Shown: in pieces, positions 31,667 through 45,140 of the stretch
Layout of the letters: the number at the start of each line of letters is the position of its first letter
How positions within the stretch are numbered: position 1 is the stretch's first letter
NCBI GenBank assembly: GCA_964016885.1
Contig: OZ024744.1
Location: 49,414,001-49,478,000 of the forward strand
From: Eledone cirrhosa
Taxonomy: Eukaryota
DNA length: 64,000 nt
Reading direction: 5' to 3'
The notes under the pieces: model-generated
What the model was told of the DNA's origin: nothing
The model's database searches: none
The model's input: only the letters and a program-made list of their open reading frames with translations
Translations under genes and position numbers: made by a program

Positions 31667-31719
31667 ACATATATATATAAAACATATATATTTCAAAAGG
31701 AAAAAGAAAAAAAACTCTG

Positions 31720-32330
31720 TACAAAGAACGTTTTTAAATGAATGCTTGGAACAGCCTTCTCAAAAAAGTTATTTTGGAGGCATTTTTGATAAGTATACAC
31801 ATATCTACACTCACACACTGTACTCAGGGAAGTGTGTATAATAACGACGCTGCACATATATACACAGATGAAAAAAAGAAAGATCTACACATAGGCATTT
31901 ATACCCTCACACAGACATGTTCATACAATTACATCCACCCAGACATGTGCATACACGTGCGCATGCATATCTGCATGAACGCACATACATGTATCTGTGC
32001 ATGCTCATATCGAGGGCGCATACTTGATTAATACCCTCCCATACGTATACACAAGTGCAGCTGTGCACATGGTGCACATAGTATTATATGGGACAGCGTT
32101 CTTGAGGCTAGGACCCAGCTCGATCATGAGGCGATATAAGCCTGAAAGTGCATGTACAATATGCATAAATGTTATAGCCGCATAGTATCCTTGCGCTAAT
32201 CACATATAACTTGGGTGGCACATATATATTAAAAAATGCTTGTAAGTACATAAAATAAAATAAAATGCTGGAAAAAGGAATGTATACATGACAAGGACAT
32301 TATTGGGGTGTGCGTAAAGTTGCATAAAAT
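31720..32330 (+). repeat. unclassified interspersed repeat, diverged copy at about 56915-57425
   Basis: shared blocks such as ttcttgaggc.ggaccca..gcgatataagcctgaaagtgcat and ctggaaaaaggaatgta. Confidence 0.6.
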
Positions 32331-32390
32331 ACTTACGTCCGCTTTTCCCTGCTTGCAATTTTCTTCAGTAGCTATATATAATTATATATA

Positions 32391-34526
32391 TAGCTACTGA
32401 GGAAACTTGTGGCTGGAGCAGAGGTCCAACCAGACAGAGAGTGACCTGGTGGTGGAACAGCACAGTAGATAGGGCTACTAATAGACAAAAGACTAGCATG
32501 GAATGCTTGGAAAAATAGTGCGAGTAGACTGATAGACAGCTACTAAGAAAGAAGCTAGATGTCAGGTGTACTTAGCATGCAGGGAGGCTGAGAGTAGGAG
32601 GTTTGCCAATGTCCTGCGACGGGAAGATCAGAGACGTGCAGTGTTCCGCATTGCAAGGCAGTGTGTCAGTGTAAATCAGGATGTTGTTGGAAATAAATGT
32701 GTCCGAAATAAATGTGTCCGAAATGATGCTGGTGTACTTAATATCACTAATGATAAGAAAAAGGAGGCTTGGAAATGTCATTATGAGAGACTGATGAATA
32801 TGGAGAACGAATGGGAGAGAGAGAAATTACCCTCAGTAGACCTGACAGAGGGTCCAGCTATTGAGATTGACGAATATAGGGTACAAGAGGCTATTAAGGA
32901 AATGAAAAATGGTAAGGCTGCTGGACCATCGGGGATAGTTGCTGAGATGCTGAAGGCATCAGGAGAAGTAGGTGCTAAACTGGTTGCATACATCGTCATT
33001 CAAGCTATATATGGTGTAGTCATACCCAAAGACTGGTGTAGCAGTATTGTCAAAAATCGTTACAAAGGTAAAGGGGATGCTCTAGAGAGGAGCAATTATA
33101 GGGGCATAAAACTGATGGATCAGGTTATGAAAGTGGCAGAAAGGATATTAGCACAACTAATTAGAGAAAGGGTCAAACTAGATGAGATGCAGTTTGGTTT
33201 TGTACCTGGGAAAAGTAGAACAGATTCCCTCTTCTTAGTGAGAGGTTCTTGGAGAAGAATAAGCTACTATACTTAGCCTTTGTGGAGTTAGAGAAGGCCT
33301 TTGATAGGGTACCCTGATCTGTCATCTGGTGGTCCTTAAGGAAACTAGGTGTAGAGGAATGGCTTGTGAGGGAAGTGCAAGCTTTGTACAGGGGTGCTGT
33401 CAGTAAAGTGAGGTAAGGAATGGAGATTAGTGAGCAATTCCAGATACAAGTAGGAGTGCATCAGGGCTCAGTCCTCAGCCCACTCTTGTTCATTATAGTC
33501 CTCCAAGCCATAACGGAGCAGTTTAAGACTGGATGCCCATGGGAACTTCTCTATGCTGATGATCTGGTTCTTATATCAGAATCAGTAGAGGAGCTAGAGA
33601 ATAAATTCCGGCTTTGGAAACAAGAGGACTGAGAGTGAACCTAGCTAAGACAAAAGTGTTGATAAGTAGAAAAGAGGACAAAACCCTGATTCCATCAGGG
33701 AAATCGCCATGTTCGATATGTAGGAAAGGAACTGGCATAAATTCCATAAAATGTATGCAATGTTCTTGGGTACACAAGAGATGTAGTGGGATAGCAGGCA
33801 AACTAACAGGTAAGGAAAACTACGTATGCCGTAGATGTACAGGGAAATTTGACAGTAGGTGTCGCAGTGATAGACACATTTTTCAAAAGCAGGTAGGTTC
33901 TATAGAAGTGGTTGATAACTTCCGATATTTAGGTGATCAGAATAGCATGGGAGGGGCTGTTCCAAGTACATAGTATCTAGAATAAGGATGGGTTGGAAGA
34001 AGTTTAGGGAGCTGCTTCCTTTGTTGACAAAGAAGGGTTTCTCCCTGCGTACAAATGGCTGGTTATATGATGCCTGTTTGAGATGCCCGATGCTGCATGG
34101 TGAGACATGGGCAGCAACTGCAGAGGATATGCTACGGTTGGATAGAAAAGAAGCAAGCATGCTCCGTTGGATGTGCAATGTCAATGTATGTGAACGACCA
34201 AGCATAGATGAGTTGAGAGAGAAATTGTGTATAAGAGGGATAAGTTGCAGTGTGCAGGAGAGAAGACTGCGATGGTATGGAGATGTGATGCGCATGGAGG
34301 ATGACCGCTGGGTAAAGATGTGCCAAGAAATCCCAGTAGAAGGAAGACACAGTAGAGGTAGACCACGAAAAACATGGGCAGAGGTGGTGAGAGCAGACCG
34401 CAGATTGCTAAAGCTTAGGGAGAAGATGACGAAGGGCTGTGACAAGTGGAGAGATGCTGTGCTGAATAGGACCTGTCCCACCCTTGCAAGCAGGGAAAAG
34501 CGGTTGTAAAATGATGATGATGATGA
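32391..34526 (+). mobile_element. RTE family B LINE, 5'-truncated and degenerate
   Basis: GKAAGPSG, NYRGIKL, QFGFVPGKS, GVHQGSVLSP, YADD, RRLRWYG; multiple stops; (TGA)n tail. Confidence 0.92.
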
Positions 34527-34899
34527 TACATACATATACATATACATATATATATATATATATAAATATTTATACATATACATACATATATACATACACT
34601 AAGTGTTCTACTACTTCAGATATATAGCACCAGTGTTTTTCCACTATATATATATATATATACAGTGGCAGAACACTGGTGGATTATATCTGCATTAGTA
34701 GAGCACTCAGTCCATGGGACAAGTTTGGTAGGGGTGGTTCCACAACAGTTAGCACACTTTTTCCGAGAATAATTTGTTTCAACTCAAGCAAATGTTGGCG
34801 TTAGGAGGGGAGTAAGAAATTGTGCCCGATAAGCCACTTCGAACCAGATTCCTGGATGATAGTCTGACTCTATTGAGCCATAAAAGTGGTCACGACAAA

Positions 34900-35385
34900 G
34901 ACTTAAAAGCAACATTTAATGAGTTAAAACTTAGGATCACTGTAGCTACTAACCTTACCAGTGTAGGTTACTGAGACATTAATTTAGATCTTCGAATACA
35001 TACTTTCAGACCCTTACATAAATTTAATGAAAATTTAACTTACATACTTACAAAGACTCATGCCACCCACCTACAATCTTCAAAAACTTTTTGAAAAATA
35101 TCGGCACTAGAATCTCTAACCTCTCCTCTAATAAGGCCATCTTTGACAGAATGGCACCCTATTACAATGCAGCTTCTCTGGCATAATTTCTTACTCCCCT
35201 CCTAACATCAACACCAGTAAAAAGAAGCAATGCAAATAAAAAAAATAATTTGGTTCTCCCAGCTCTTCTCACTTAATGTTAAAACTAATGTAGTTAAAAT
35301 ATTCTTAGCTCTCCTAGATAAGCTCTTCCCCACAGGTCATAAATACTGTTCTATCTTTAACAAACACAGGGTGAAACTCAATTTC
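34900..35385 (+). pseudogene. degenerate PLE RT C-terminal/thumb fragment (Hydra-like)
   Basis: piecewise translation gives LRITVATNLTSV, SCHPPTIFKN..NIGTRISNLSSN, IIWF..FSLNVKTNV.KIFL.LLDKLFP.GHKY..IFN. Confidence 0.7.
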
Positions 35386-35614
35386 CTACTGAGACAGGGG
35401 TAACATCTGTATGATCCATTGATATATTGTCTGGACTATTCCAGGATTTTCCATTTTATTTTATGTGGGACTCCTTTAAGATAAAGATGAATTAGGTGTA
35501 AGTGTCACACTGCTGCTTCATGAAGTCAGTGTACAGTTTATAGATGTTGGCATATTTAGGTGTTGAAACCTAACATAGCACAATGCATGTTATGTGCATG
35601 AACAACAATAATAG

Positions 35615-35880
35615 TAATAATAATAATAATAATAAGGCTTTCTTTATTAACCACAAGGGTTGACATAAAGTATAACAGTAAGGACAGCACAGGATGGGAC
35701 AGCACAGGATGGGACAGCACAGGATGGTACAGGACAGTGCAAATGGGCAATTTTGTGTATAAAAAACAAAAACAAAGGATGTAACAAAAAAGAAAACAAA
35801 GGAAAAAATCCCCAAATGGAGGGAGACTTCCGAGTGTCACTCGTGGAGAAAGCTCACAAAAAGCCACGGTAATCCTGACT
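35615..35880 (-). mobile_element. LINE 3' UTR (Tx1/L1-like) with a 15-bp minisatellite and (TTA)n tail
   Basis: minus strand ends tgtggttaataaagaa..(att)n, as at 62465-62510. Confidence 0.5.
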
Positions 35881-36014
35881 GAATTCTACTATAGGCACAA
35901 GGCCAGCAATTAAATCGATCCCAGTGCATTACTAGTACTTTATTTTATGGACACACAATTTGGGCGCTGGTTCACACACACATTCATTTATATACAATTA
36001 TCTATATCTATATA

Positions 36015-36566
36015 TCTATATATAATATAGAATATTGGAACTTCCATCATCCTTTTGAGAAACGTGGACCCGCTACTTCTATGCAATGACACACTTTACA
36101 GCCAGGAAGATGATGACCCATCTCCTAGGGGTCACTGTTCTTGTAGGTAATCATCAAGGAGAAAATACATTTATTTCCAAGATTCCTCTACCGAACTACC
36201 TTTCAAATTCTCAAGACTTCAGTTCCCTGCTAGAGCCAATTTTGCTATGACCATAAATAAAGCTCAGGCACAAAGTCTCAAAGTTGTAAAATTGAATATG
36301 AGAGAATCGGTTTTTACCGATGGACAGTTATATATAAGTTGTTCACGAGCGGGAACACGTAGAAATCTTCATATATTATGCATGAATGGTAAAATGAAGA
36401 ATTTGGTGTATCTGGAAGATTTATTATTGTTTTCTTTTTTTTGTCACACACACCACGGTCTCACCTCATACTGTAAACCAGACAAACATCCAATACAGTC
36501 ATTTTCTCTTCTACCTGTCTTCTTTTTACATCTGTTTATCCAGGTGAAGCTGGGTATGTCACCTAG
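36015..36566 (+). mobile_element. internally deleted Helitron
   Basis: 5' TC, 3' CTAG preceded by hairpin ccaggtgaagctggg, A|T insertion site; Pif1 helicase C-terminal motifs RLQFP..FAMTINKAQ.QSL, GQLY...SR. Confidence 0.85.
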
Positions 36567-36589
36567 TAATATATATATAACCATGTGAT

Positions 36590-36816
36590 GAATATGGCTG
36601 CAAGAATGAGCATTCAATACCGAAGTAGAGTTTAATAATTGTTTCTATTTTGCGCACAAGGCCAGCAATTATCCCAGTACATTACTGGTACTTTATTTTA
36701 TCGATCCCGTAAGGATGAAAGGCAAAGTTAACCTCGGCGTGATTTGAACTCAGACCATAAAGGGCCGAAACTCTTTGCTGCTAAGCATAGTGTCTGACTC
36801 TCTACCGATACTGCCA
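36590..36816 (-). mobile_element. SINE family 2 (other copies about 47375-47530 minus, 63830-63995 plus, fragment 35885-35950)
   Basis: B-box-like gagttcaaatc and shared core ttaactttgcctttcatcct..gataaaataaagtaccagt. Confidence 0.7.
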
Positions 36817-36953
36817 ATCCCTATCCATAGTACAGATTATTAGGCACACACATGTATACACACACACACATGTATATATATATACACATACATACACAGG
36901 TGTATATATATACATATATATATAAATGTATATATACATATACATAAGCACAT

Positions 36954-36984
<31 letters not shown>

Positions 36985-37454
36985 CATGTATAATATATAT
37001 AAGGAGAGAGATCTGTTATTGATAAACCAACACAATTTGATAAGCACGAACATGTGATTGATTTTTTTAGTTTGAGATCAATAGAGGTTCACATATCTGG
37101 GTGATCAATATGTTTTTCATACCAATTAGAGGTGGTGGTAGTGGCAACGAATATACACGCATGTATATTTGAATATATGTGTGTGTATGTATATATGTAT
37201 GCATGTATAGAGAGAAGGAAAGTTGGAAAGGTAAGTATTTGTATGCAAATACATAGAATACACACACACACATATACATATATATATACATATACATATA
37301 CATACATATGGATATATATTTATACACATGCACACATACTTACATATCTCCACACATGTGTAGGCATGTATCTACTTTTGAATATATATATATAGATTTT
37401 CACTCGAGACAGAGTTATTTATATGCATAGAAAATGCTGTAAATATATATATAT

Positions 37455-37520
<66 letters not shown>

Positions 37521-37525
<5 letters not shown>

Positions 37526-38220
37526 CCACTCTGAATAAAGACTGATACAGGAAGGAGATGACCCTTGAGTCCAGCGTTGAACATCTCAAGTGCCCGTGGC
37601 ATGAAGAATGCACCCAGTCCATGCTGTAAAGTGATTGGTGATAAAAGATTCAAACTAATTGCGTATACAGTACTAACACTAGTGCAAGTGTGGCTCACAT
37701 AGCCAAGTGCGAGAACCCCTTGACCATCATCAATCGCACACATTTATTCCTTCCCAGGTACAATAAAAGAATACTAGAAGACATAATTTTTACTGTCAGG
37801 TAACACCTCCAAACTGTTACTCTCAATGTTGGCACACTGAAAGATGAGGAGAAATTGTGGAAATGTTTGAGAGCAGATGAATGGATATATGGTTGAGGAG
37901 GTAAGATAGAGGGCTGAGTCAACAAGACCACTCACAGGCAAACAACATAGATACAAGCTCTACAGGGTAGGAAATGATGATGGAGTAGGTAGAGTAGGAA
38001 TACCTGAGAAGTAGATAATTGAGATAGTTACAGTAAGAGACAGAATTATCCAACTTAGAATAGACATAGCCAATAGAAGGACAAAACTTATCTCTATATG
38101 CCATAAGCAGAACTGTGTGAAGAAGGAGAGGATTGTTTCTATGAAGAACTTTTACAGGCAACTGATTATGGTTCAATAAATCAAGAGAGAATGAACCTCT
38201 TGGAATTCTGTGATGGAAAG
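37521..38220 (+). mobile_element. degenerate RTE 5' region and APE endonuclease remnant
   Basis: TLNVGTLK, GNDDGVGRVGI and LLEFCD-like blocks. Confidence 0.6.
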
Positions 38221-38456
38221 CTTTCCTTTGAATAAAGCGGTTCTATTTCTATATTAAATTTGTTGTTTACACTCTACTAACGTATTGAGTACCTTACTTA
38301 CTGTGGTTACCCCCGACACTGGACAAGGGGCTCACACACACACACATATAAATCAATGATGATTTTGTATATAAACCTCATTTGATCAGATTTCATGAGA
38401 GTATGTTGGTTAGCATATGATCTTTACAGCCAAATTTCGTATATATATATATATAT

Positions 38457-38616
38457 ACTTTGGGAGGGTCATGCTGCCAATAAAAACTCATGCACCTGTT
38501 GGTTTTCACTTCAATTTATTACAAATTTCCGGTTGGTTGGTTGAATAACAGGATGATTGTTTATATGTCAAAGCTCTTTCAGATAAGAATTCTTGCAAAA
38601 CAAATTAAAAAACGAA

Positions 38617-38618
<2 letters not shown>
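38457..38618. mobile_element. rearranged PLE-A pLTR end fragments
   Basis: 38457-38575 is the minus-strand pLTR; 38577-38618 matches 3875-3915 on the plus strand. Confidence 0.75.
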
Positions 38619-38655
<37 letters not shown>

Positions 38656-38659
<4 letters not shown>

Positions 38660-39805
38660 GGAAAGGCGTAGGTAGAAACTCCATCTTATGTCCCAAATGC
38701 AAAGTATGGGTGCATAAAAGATGTAGTGGGATCACAGGTAAGCTAACTAAGAACATAGACTTTACATGTGGCCGGTGTTCTGGTGCAATAAGTAGCAGCA
38801 AGTGCCCACAAAATACTAGCTCTTTCAATTGCGCAGAGGGTTTTATAGAAATAGTGGACAGCTTCCGTTACCTGGGCGATAAAATCAGCAGTGGGGGAGG
38901 GTGCTCTGAAAGTACTGTAGCTAGAGTCAGAACTGGTTGGAAAAAGTTCAGAGAGCTTATACCACTATTAGCTGCTAAAGGGTTCTCCCTAAAAATGAAA
39001 GGCAGGTTGTACGATGCCTGCATACGAACAGCAATGTTGCATGGTAGTGAGACCTGGGCATTGTGTGCAGAGGATATACGCAGACTAGAGAGGAACGAAG
39101 CCTGCATGCTCCGCTGGATGTGTAACAGTAATATACGTGAACGGCAAAGCATAAACGAACTAAGGAAAAAATTAGAGATAAGAGGGATCAGATGTTGTTT
39201 ACTCGAGAGAAGGCTGCGTTGGTATGGACACGTGATGCGCATGAAAGTCGATAGCTGTATTACAAAGTGCAGGGCAATAAAGATAGACGGTAGCCACGGA
39301 ATAGGCAGACCTAGAAAAACATGGGATGAGCTGATAAACTCCGACCTCACACACTTACACCTCTCCAAGACAATGTCACTGGACCGTGACCTTTGGCGGT
39401 ACTCAGTAACAGAGAAGACCCGCCTTGCCAGTAGGCATCTCTAACAAAATACACCCCTCCCGCCGCCACCCCCACCCCATCCACACCACCCCGTTCTATG
39501 TAAAGTTATGTTGGTGCCGCGCCATCCAGGCCGAAACAAATGAGATCGTGTAGGTGTCACGACAAAAAAACACACAGTCCACGCTGTAATGTGGCCGTGT
39601 AGGCAACACGGTAAAAACCTCCCAGACCCACACTGTAAATGTGGTTGGTGTTAGGAAGGGCATCCAACTGTAGAAAACCTGCCAGACAGTCCTATGCGAG
39701 CAAGACAATCACTCTTGCCTCAAGTGGGACTACCCCCGTCCAAACCCATGCAAGCGTGGAACACGGACGTTAAACGTTGATGATGATGATGATGATGATG
39801 ATGAT
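38656..39805 (+). mobile_element. RTE family A LINE, 5'-truncated
   Basis: [33 protein letters not shown]; (TGA)n tail. Confidence 0.92.
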
Positions 39806-40689
39806 ATATAAGTATATATAAACCTATAGATGAAATATTTATTATTAGCACAGATTAAAAGTTTAATCAAACAATTTTTGTTTTCACGGTAAAACGTGAT
39901 ATTTTGAGACTTAGATATATCAACCAGTGGATGTAGATGTAAATATTTTGAAAAAATTAGGAGCAAATATTGCCTTTAAAAAATAGGAAGTGAAAATGTT
40001 CTCTTGGGATACGGCAAAATGTTTGCGAAGAGAATAACAGATCTAATTATATCGTTAAATGAAAAAAATCAGAAAGCTAATTTTATTTTTAAATTAACTG
40101 AATATTTTCCTGCAACAATGTATAGAAAAATTGTTAATAGAAGTAATGTGATTAAATATAAAGGTACTGAGGGTTACAGTGATGGTAGTGACAGTGATAA
40201 TGATAGTGATGATGATAATAATGGTAGTACTGATAATGATGGTGGTGATAGTATTGATAATGATAAAGACATGCTTTAGCCTCACAAGGCAGGTTATATA
40301 GAGACGGTGTCTCAATAAAAACACCAGTGGGGAGGGAAAAAGCTCTGCAAACCACTCTCATAGAATCATGATGCAAAACAATAACAAAATTGTTAACAGC
40401 GGGAATGAGGCTAGAACCAATCATTGTGAAGGTACCTTTCCCAGCATGCATCTAAATACAAATAGATGAAGGAAGAGTATGCTACACTGTATGCCATGAA
40501 AGGGCAAAACTGGAAGGAAGCTATAGAATATGATGATGCACTGTGGACTTTTGGATGTCAGAAAGAAAACTAATGAATCAAGTGAGGGTGATTAGGAAGA
40601 AGGGCTGGTTAACTGATGTAGAAATATCTCGGATTAGTTAACACTTAAAGGAACCTGAAGATGAACTACAAAGGGAGGTTAGAGCAAAT

Positions 40690-42735
40690 GCTGAAGCCGT
40701 CTCTACAGTTGAAGGTAGATAGAAAGATGGGCAGCAGGAGCAGGGAAATTGTGATAAAGCTGCTAGGGCTACAGAAGAGGGATGTTATTCATTGAACCCT
40801 GGTACGGCTGAGGATAAGAATGGTGATTTAAGAGGAGGGAGTTATTTGGATGATGAGTTGCTTGAGTTACATAGATGGCTTATGGATTTGAGAAGAAAGA
40901 ATCCCAATGAATATGAGAAAGGTGGATAGGAGGAGGATAATTGAAACTACAAAAAAAACAAATATTGTCATACAACTCATCCAGACAGAAGACTTAACAC
41001 AAACTAGAAATCTCAGCCAAGCTGTTGTACTGCTTGTAAAGGAACAAATGTAACTGACAAGCATTAAGCAGAGTAAGGCAAAAGAACCTTGGTGGAAACG
41101 ACACATTGAAAATGTCATAATGTGGTTAAGGCAAGATCAAAATGAAATTGAGCAGTGGCTTAGAGGAAAGTGGTAAAATGGGAAAAAGGCTGATCGAGAA
41201 GCACTAGACAAACCATATAAAATACGAAAGAATGGATTCTATACAGTAATAGAACAGATAAAACAGAATTCTCTCGAAAAGCCAGAATATAAGGATATAT
41301 GTAAATAGAAATAAACAATCCGAGGAGAATAGGTTGTTCCAAAATAATGCAAAAAAAAAAAAAAATGGACTACCAATGTGGAAAGCAAGGGCCATTCATA
41401 AACCATCTTCTGTTTATGGATGACCTGAAACTGTTTGGGAAGTCTGAAAACCAAATAGATGTAGCAATGATATTGGTATGTGATTTGGGATTTCCAAATG
41501 TTCTGTGCTCAACAAGAAATGAAGGAAGAAATCAGCCTGTAGTGGATTATGACTGCCATCAAGAGAAACCATGGAAGAACCAGAAGATAATGGCTATAAA
41601 TATTTGGGGATCTTAGAGTTAGATGATATTTTGCATGCAGAAATGAAAGAAAAGGTTAGAGGGACATATTTAAAAAAAGGAAAAATGATTTTAAAATCCA
41701 ATTCGAATGCAAGAAATCTGGTCACTGCAAAGAATATCTGGGCAGTTGCAGTGGTTAGATATAGTGCATCCATTCTCAGGTAGACTGAATAAGAAATATC
41801 AAAATTGGATAGAAAGGTGAGAAAGTTAATGACATTATATGGAGCTTTACACTTTAAAGCAAATGTTAATAGACTATACATGAAAAAAAAAAGAATGGGG
41901 GTAGAGGCCTCATCAGTGTGGATCATTGTGTAAGGAGTGAAAGGAGAACACTTGTAGAATATTTGGTAAACAGTGATGAAGAATTGTTGCAATAAGGAGC
42001 TGAATATATGGGTATAATTGCAGTAGAAATGGTTGGAAAAGAAGAGTTTAACCCTTTAGCATTTAAACCGGCCATAACTGGCCAGAATTCTCTCACCTCT
42101 TCCTGTTCAAATTGGCTGTAACTAACCACTCATACTGATGTTAAGGTATTGTTCTCAAAATAAATAATATCAAAATCTCATAGATTCGATATTATATGAG
42201 GTAAAGACTTTACCATGAAAATACAATAGTAAATATAGAATAACATAAATGCTAAATGGTTAACCAAAAGGTTGAAGAGAAAAGAAAAGATTTAGGAATT
42301 AGAATGCATGGTCAGTTTGAAAGAAATACACAGGATATCAAAGACAAAACAACATCGTGGACATAGCTTAAGCACAGCGAAAAACCTTATAGTTGCAGTG
42401 CAAGACCAAGTTCCTGCTTCCAATTCGATGAAGTGTAACATCTACAAAACATCTGACAACAAAAAATGCAGGCTCTGTAGAAAGAATGTGGAAAATGTAA
42501 CCCACTTGGTAAGTGAATGTGAGAGCCTTGCATGAAAAGAATACAAGAGCCACTATGATATCTATACTTAGATTGGCTTTTATGTTGTAAATACCAATAT
42601 GAAATCAGAGAGAATTGGTATGAGCATGAGCCTTGGAAAGTAATGCAGGAGGATGAGAAAGCAATGAGATTCCGGGATTATGATTTTCAAACCGATACAA
42701 TAATTGTGGTGTTGAACAAGAAAAACAAATACTGT
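40690..42735 (+). mobile_element. degenerate R4/Dong-like (restriction-like endonuclease) non-LTR element
   Basis: INHLLFMDDLKLFGK, YKYLGILE, WAVAVVRYS, AVQDQ..KCRLC..HLVSEC zinc knuckle, DFQTD; many stops and deletions. Confidence 0.8.
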
Positions 42736-43069
42736 CAGAACATATACCCGCATACACGAAAAAATAGGGTTGATGTTTATATATATACCCATCATTTCAC
42801 AAATCATAACAAACACTGTATATTTTGTCGATCACCAGTCTGAGGAGCAGATCAATAATAGAGTTAGGTCCATAAATTCTATGGGTGACTCTGAGCTAAT
42901 TCTCTGTGAAACATGCTTAACAGGTTAAGACAATAAAAAACTAACTACATGTAAATGAAACTTCATCATTTTCCTTAATATATACACTCTGTCTGTGTAT
43001 CTAGTGCTTACTTTGGTACCACCATCGATAATTCACTGAATCAAATACATTATATAAATATATATATAT

Positions 43070-43420
43070 GTGGAGGCACATGGCTTAGTGGTTAGAGCAT
43101 TGGCCTTGTAATCGAAAGGTTGTGAGTTCAATTCTCAGACCGGGTGATGTGTTGTTTCCTTGGGCAAGACACTTTATTTCACATTGCTCCAGTTTACTCA
43201 GCTGTAGAAATGAGATGATAGGGACAGGGGTCCCTATCATTCCACTGCAAAGTGGTCGTGGAGGTACCACGGCAAAAAAGCATCCAGCACTCACTGTAAA
43301 TGAGGTTGGTGTTAGGAAGGGCATCCAGCTGTAGAAATCAAGCCAGAATCAGTTCCAGTCCCACCCTTGCAAGCAGGGATAAAGCGGACGTAAAATGAAA
43401 TGATGATGATGAATGATGAT
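43070..43420 (+). mobile_element. tRNA-headed SINE family 1
   Basis: A box tggcttagtgg, B box gagttcaattc, RTE-like tail with (TGA)n. Confidence 0.9.
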
Positions 43421-43432
43421 ATATATATATAT

Positions 43433-43630
43433 AAATAGGAAAAAGTATGACCACGACGGCAGAGCTCAAGCTGTTTCGACGGCTATTTCTGGACTCAGAA
43501 AGAGTCATCGAAACGGCTTGAGCTCTGCCGTCGGTGTCATGCTTTTTCCTATTACCCCCTCTACTACCCTAAGTATTGAGTAATCTGGTGCGTTATGGTC
43601 CACCTGGTTCCTTACCACATCTCCTTTGTT
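43433..43630 (+). mobile_element. short retroelement 3' end with a 5' fold-back
   Basis: 43434-43552 is an imperfect hairpin; 43575-43630 matches the reverse complement of 1632-1690. Confidence 0.6.
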
Positions 43631-43658
43631 ATATGTATAAATATATATATATATATAT

Positions 43659-44843
43659 CAAAAGGCCTTAAAATTAACCTGTCTAAGACTAAAGTTCTAG
43701 TTTGTAGGAATGAAAATAGGGCGCTGGTCCCATCCGGGAAATGGCCATGCTCAGTGTGTAGGAAAGGAGTAGGTAGAAACTCCATTTTATGTCCCAAATG
43801 CAAAGTATGGGTGCATAAAAGATGTAGTGGGATCACAGGTAAGCTAACTAAGAACATATATTTTATATGTGGCCGGTGCTCTGGTGCAATAAGTAGCAGC
43901 AAGTGCCCACTAAATACTAGCTCTTTCAATTGCGCAGAGGGTTCTATAGAAATAGTGGACAGCTTCCGTTACCTGGGTGACAAAATCAGCAGTGGGGGAG
44001 GGTGCTCTGAAAGTACAGTAGCTAGAGTCAGAACTCGATGGAAAAAGTTCAGAGAGCTTATACCACTATTAGCCGCTAAAGGGTTCTCTCTAAAAATGAA
44101 AGGCAGGCTGTATGATGCCTGCATACGAACAGCAATGTTGCATGACAGTGAGACCTGGGCATTGTGTGCAGAGGATATACGCAGACTAGAGAGGAACGAT
44201 TTGCATGCTCCGCTGGATGTGTAATAGTATTATACGTGAACGGCAAAGCATAAACGAACTAAGGGAAAAATTAGAAATAAGAGGGATCAGATGTTGTTTA
44301 CTCGAGAGAAGGCTATGCTGGTATGGTCACGTGATGCGCATGAAAGACGACAGCTGTATAAAAAAGTGCAGGGCAATAAAAATAGATGGTAGCCACGGAG
44401 TAGGCAGACCCAGAAAAACCTGGGACGAGTTGATAAATTACGACTGCACATACACCTCTCCAAGACAATGTCACTGGACCGAGACCTTTGGCGGTACTCA
44501 GTAATAGAGAAGACCTGCCTTACCTAAATACAAAGTAAAACCTACTACAGTCAGTAGGCACCTCTAACAAAATACACCCCCGTCCCACTACCCCCACTCC
44601 ATCCACACCACCCCTTTCAATGTAAAGTTATGTTGGTACCACAACATCCAGTTCGAAACAAATGAGGTCGTGTAGGTGTCACGACAAAAAAACACACAGT
44701 CCACGCTGTAATGTGGCCGTGTAGGTAACACGGTAAAAACCTCCCAGTTCAACAGTGTAAATGTGGTTGGTGTTAGGAAGGGCATCCAGCCATAGAAAAC
44801 CCGCCAGACAGTCCTATGCGAACAAGACAACCACTCTTGCCTT
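43659..44843 (+). mobile_element. RTE family A LINE, truncated and frameshifted
   Basis: GLKINLSKTKV, WPCSVC PHD-like finger, DSFRYLGD. Confidence 0.92.
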
Positions 44844-44849
44844 CAATTT

Positions 44850-45140
44850 TCTGTTGTTAAAGGGGTGTTAGGCGCCGGTTAGTGATCTCTCTCTCTTTGT
44901 CTTTTTAGATAAATACATAGCTATAACGTCGCGCCCTTATAATATCTGTCTGTAATGAAAACAATGTTTTCGTTGCTGACGTATTATCTTCGTTGTTTTC
45001 CGTTCATTGCCAGGGAACATCTTCACGAACCAAAGTATCATCTTCCTGTTTTCCTTTTGATTTTTTTTAGTTTCAGCAGATCCCGTTAAGGGTGAAAGCA
45101 GCGATTCTTTACTTAAACTTTAATCTGTTATTTTAATATA
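44850..45140 (+). repeat. unclassified TA-tailed repeat, second copy at about 55785-56120
   Basis: shared 3' block gatcccgttaagggtgaaagcagc..aaactttaatctgttattttaata followed by (TA)n. Confidence 0.65.

Noticed and set aside
35680-35735. CRISPR-like short repeats (ggacagcacaggatg)
   Set aside because: This is a head-to-tail minisatellite without spacers in eukaryotic DNA.
43070-43145. tRNA gene
   Set aside because: It has A and B boxes but no acceptor stem, and it continues into a multi-copy SINE body.
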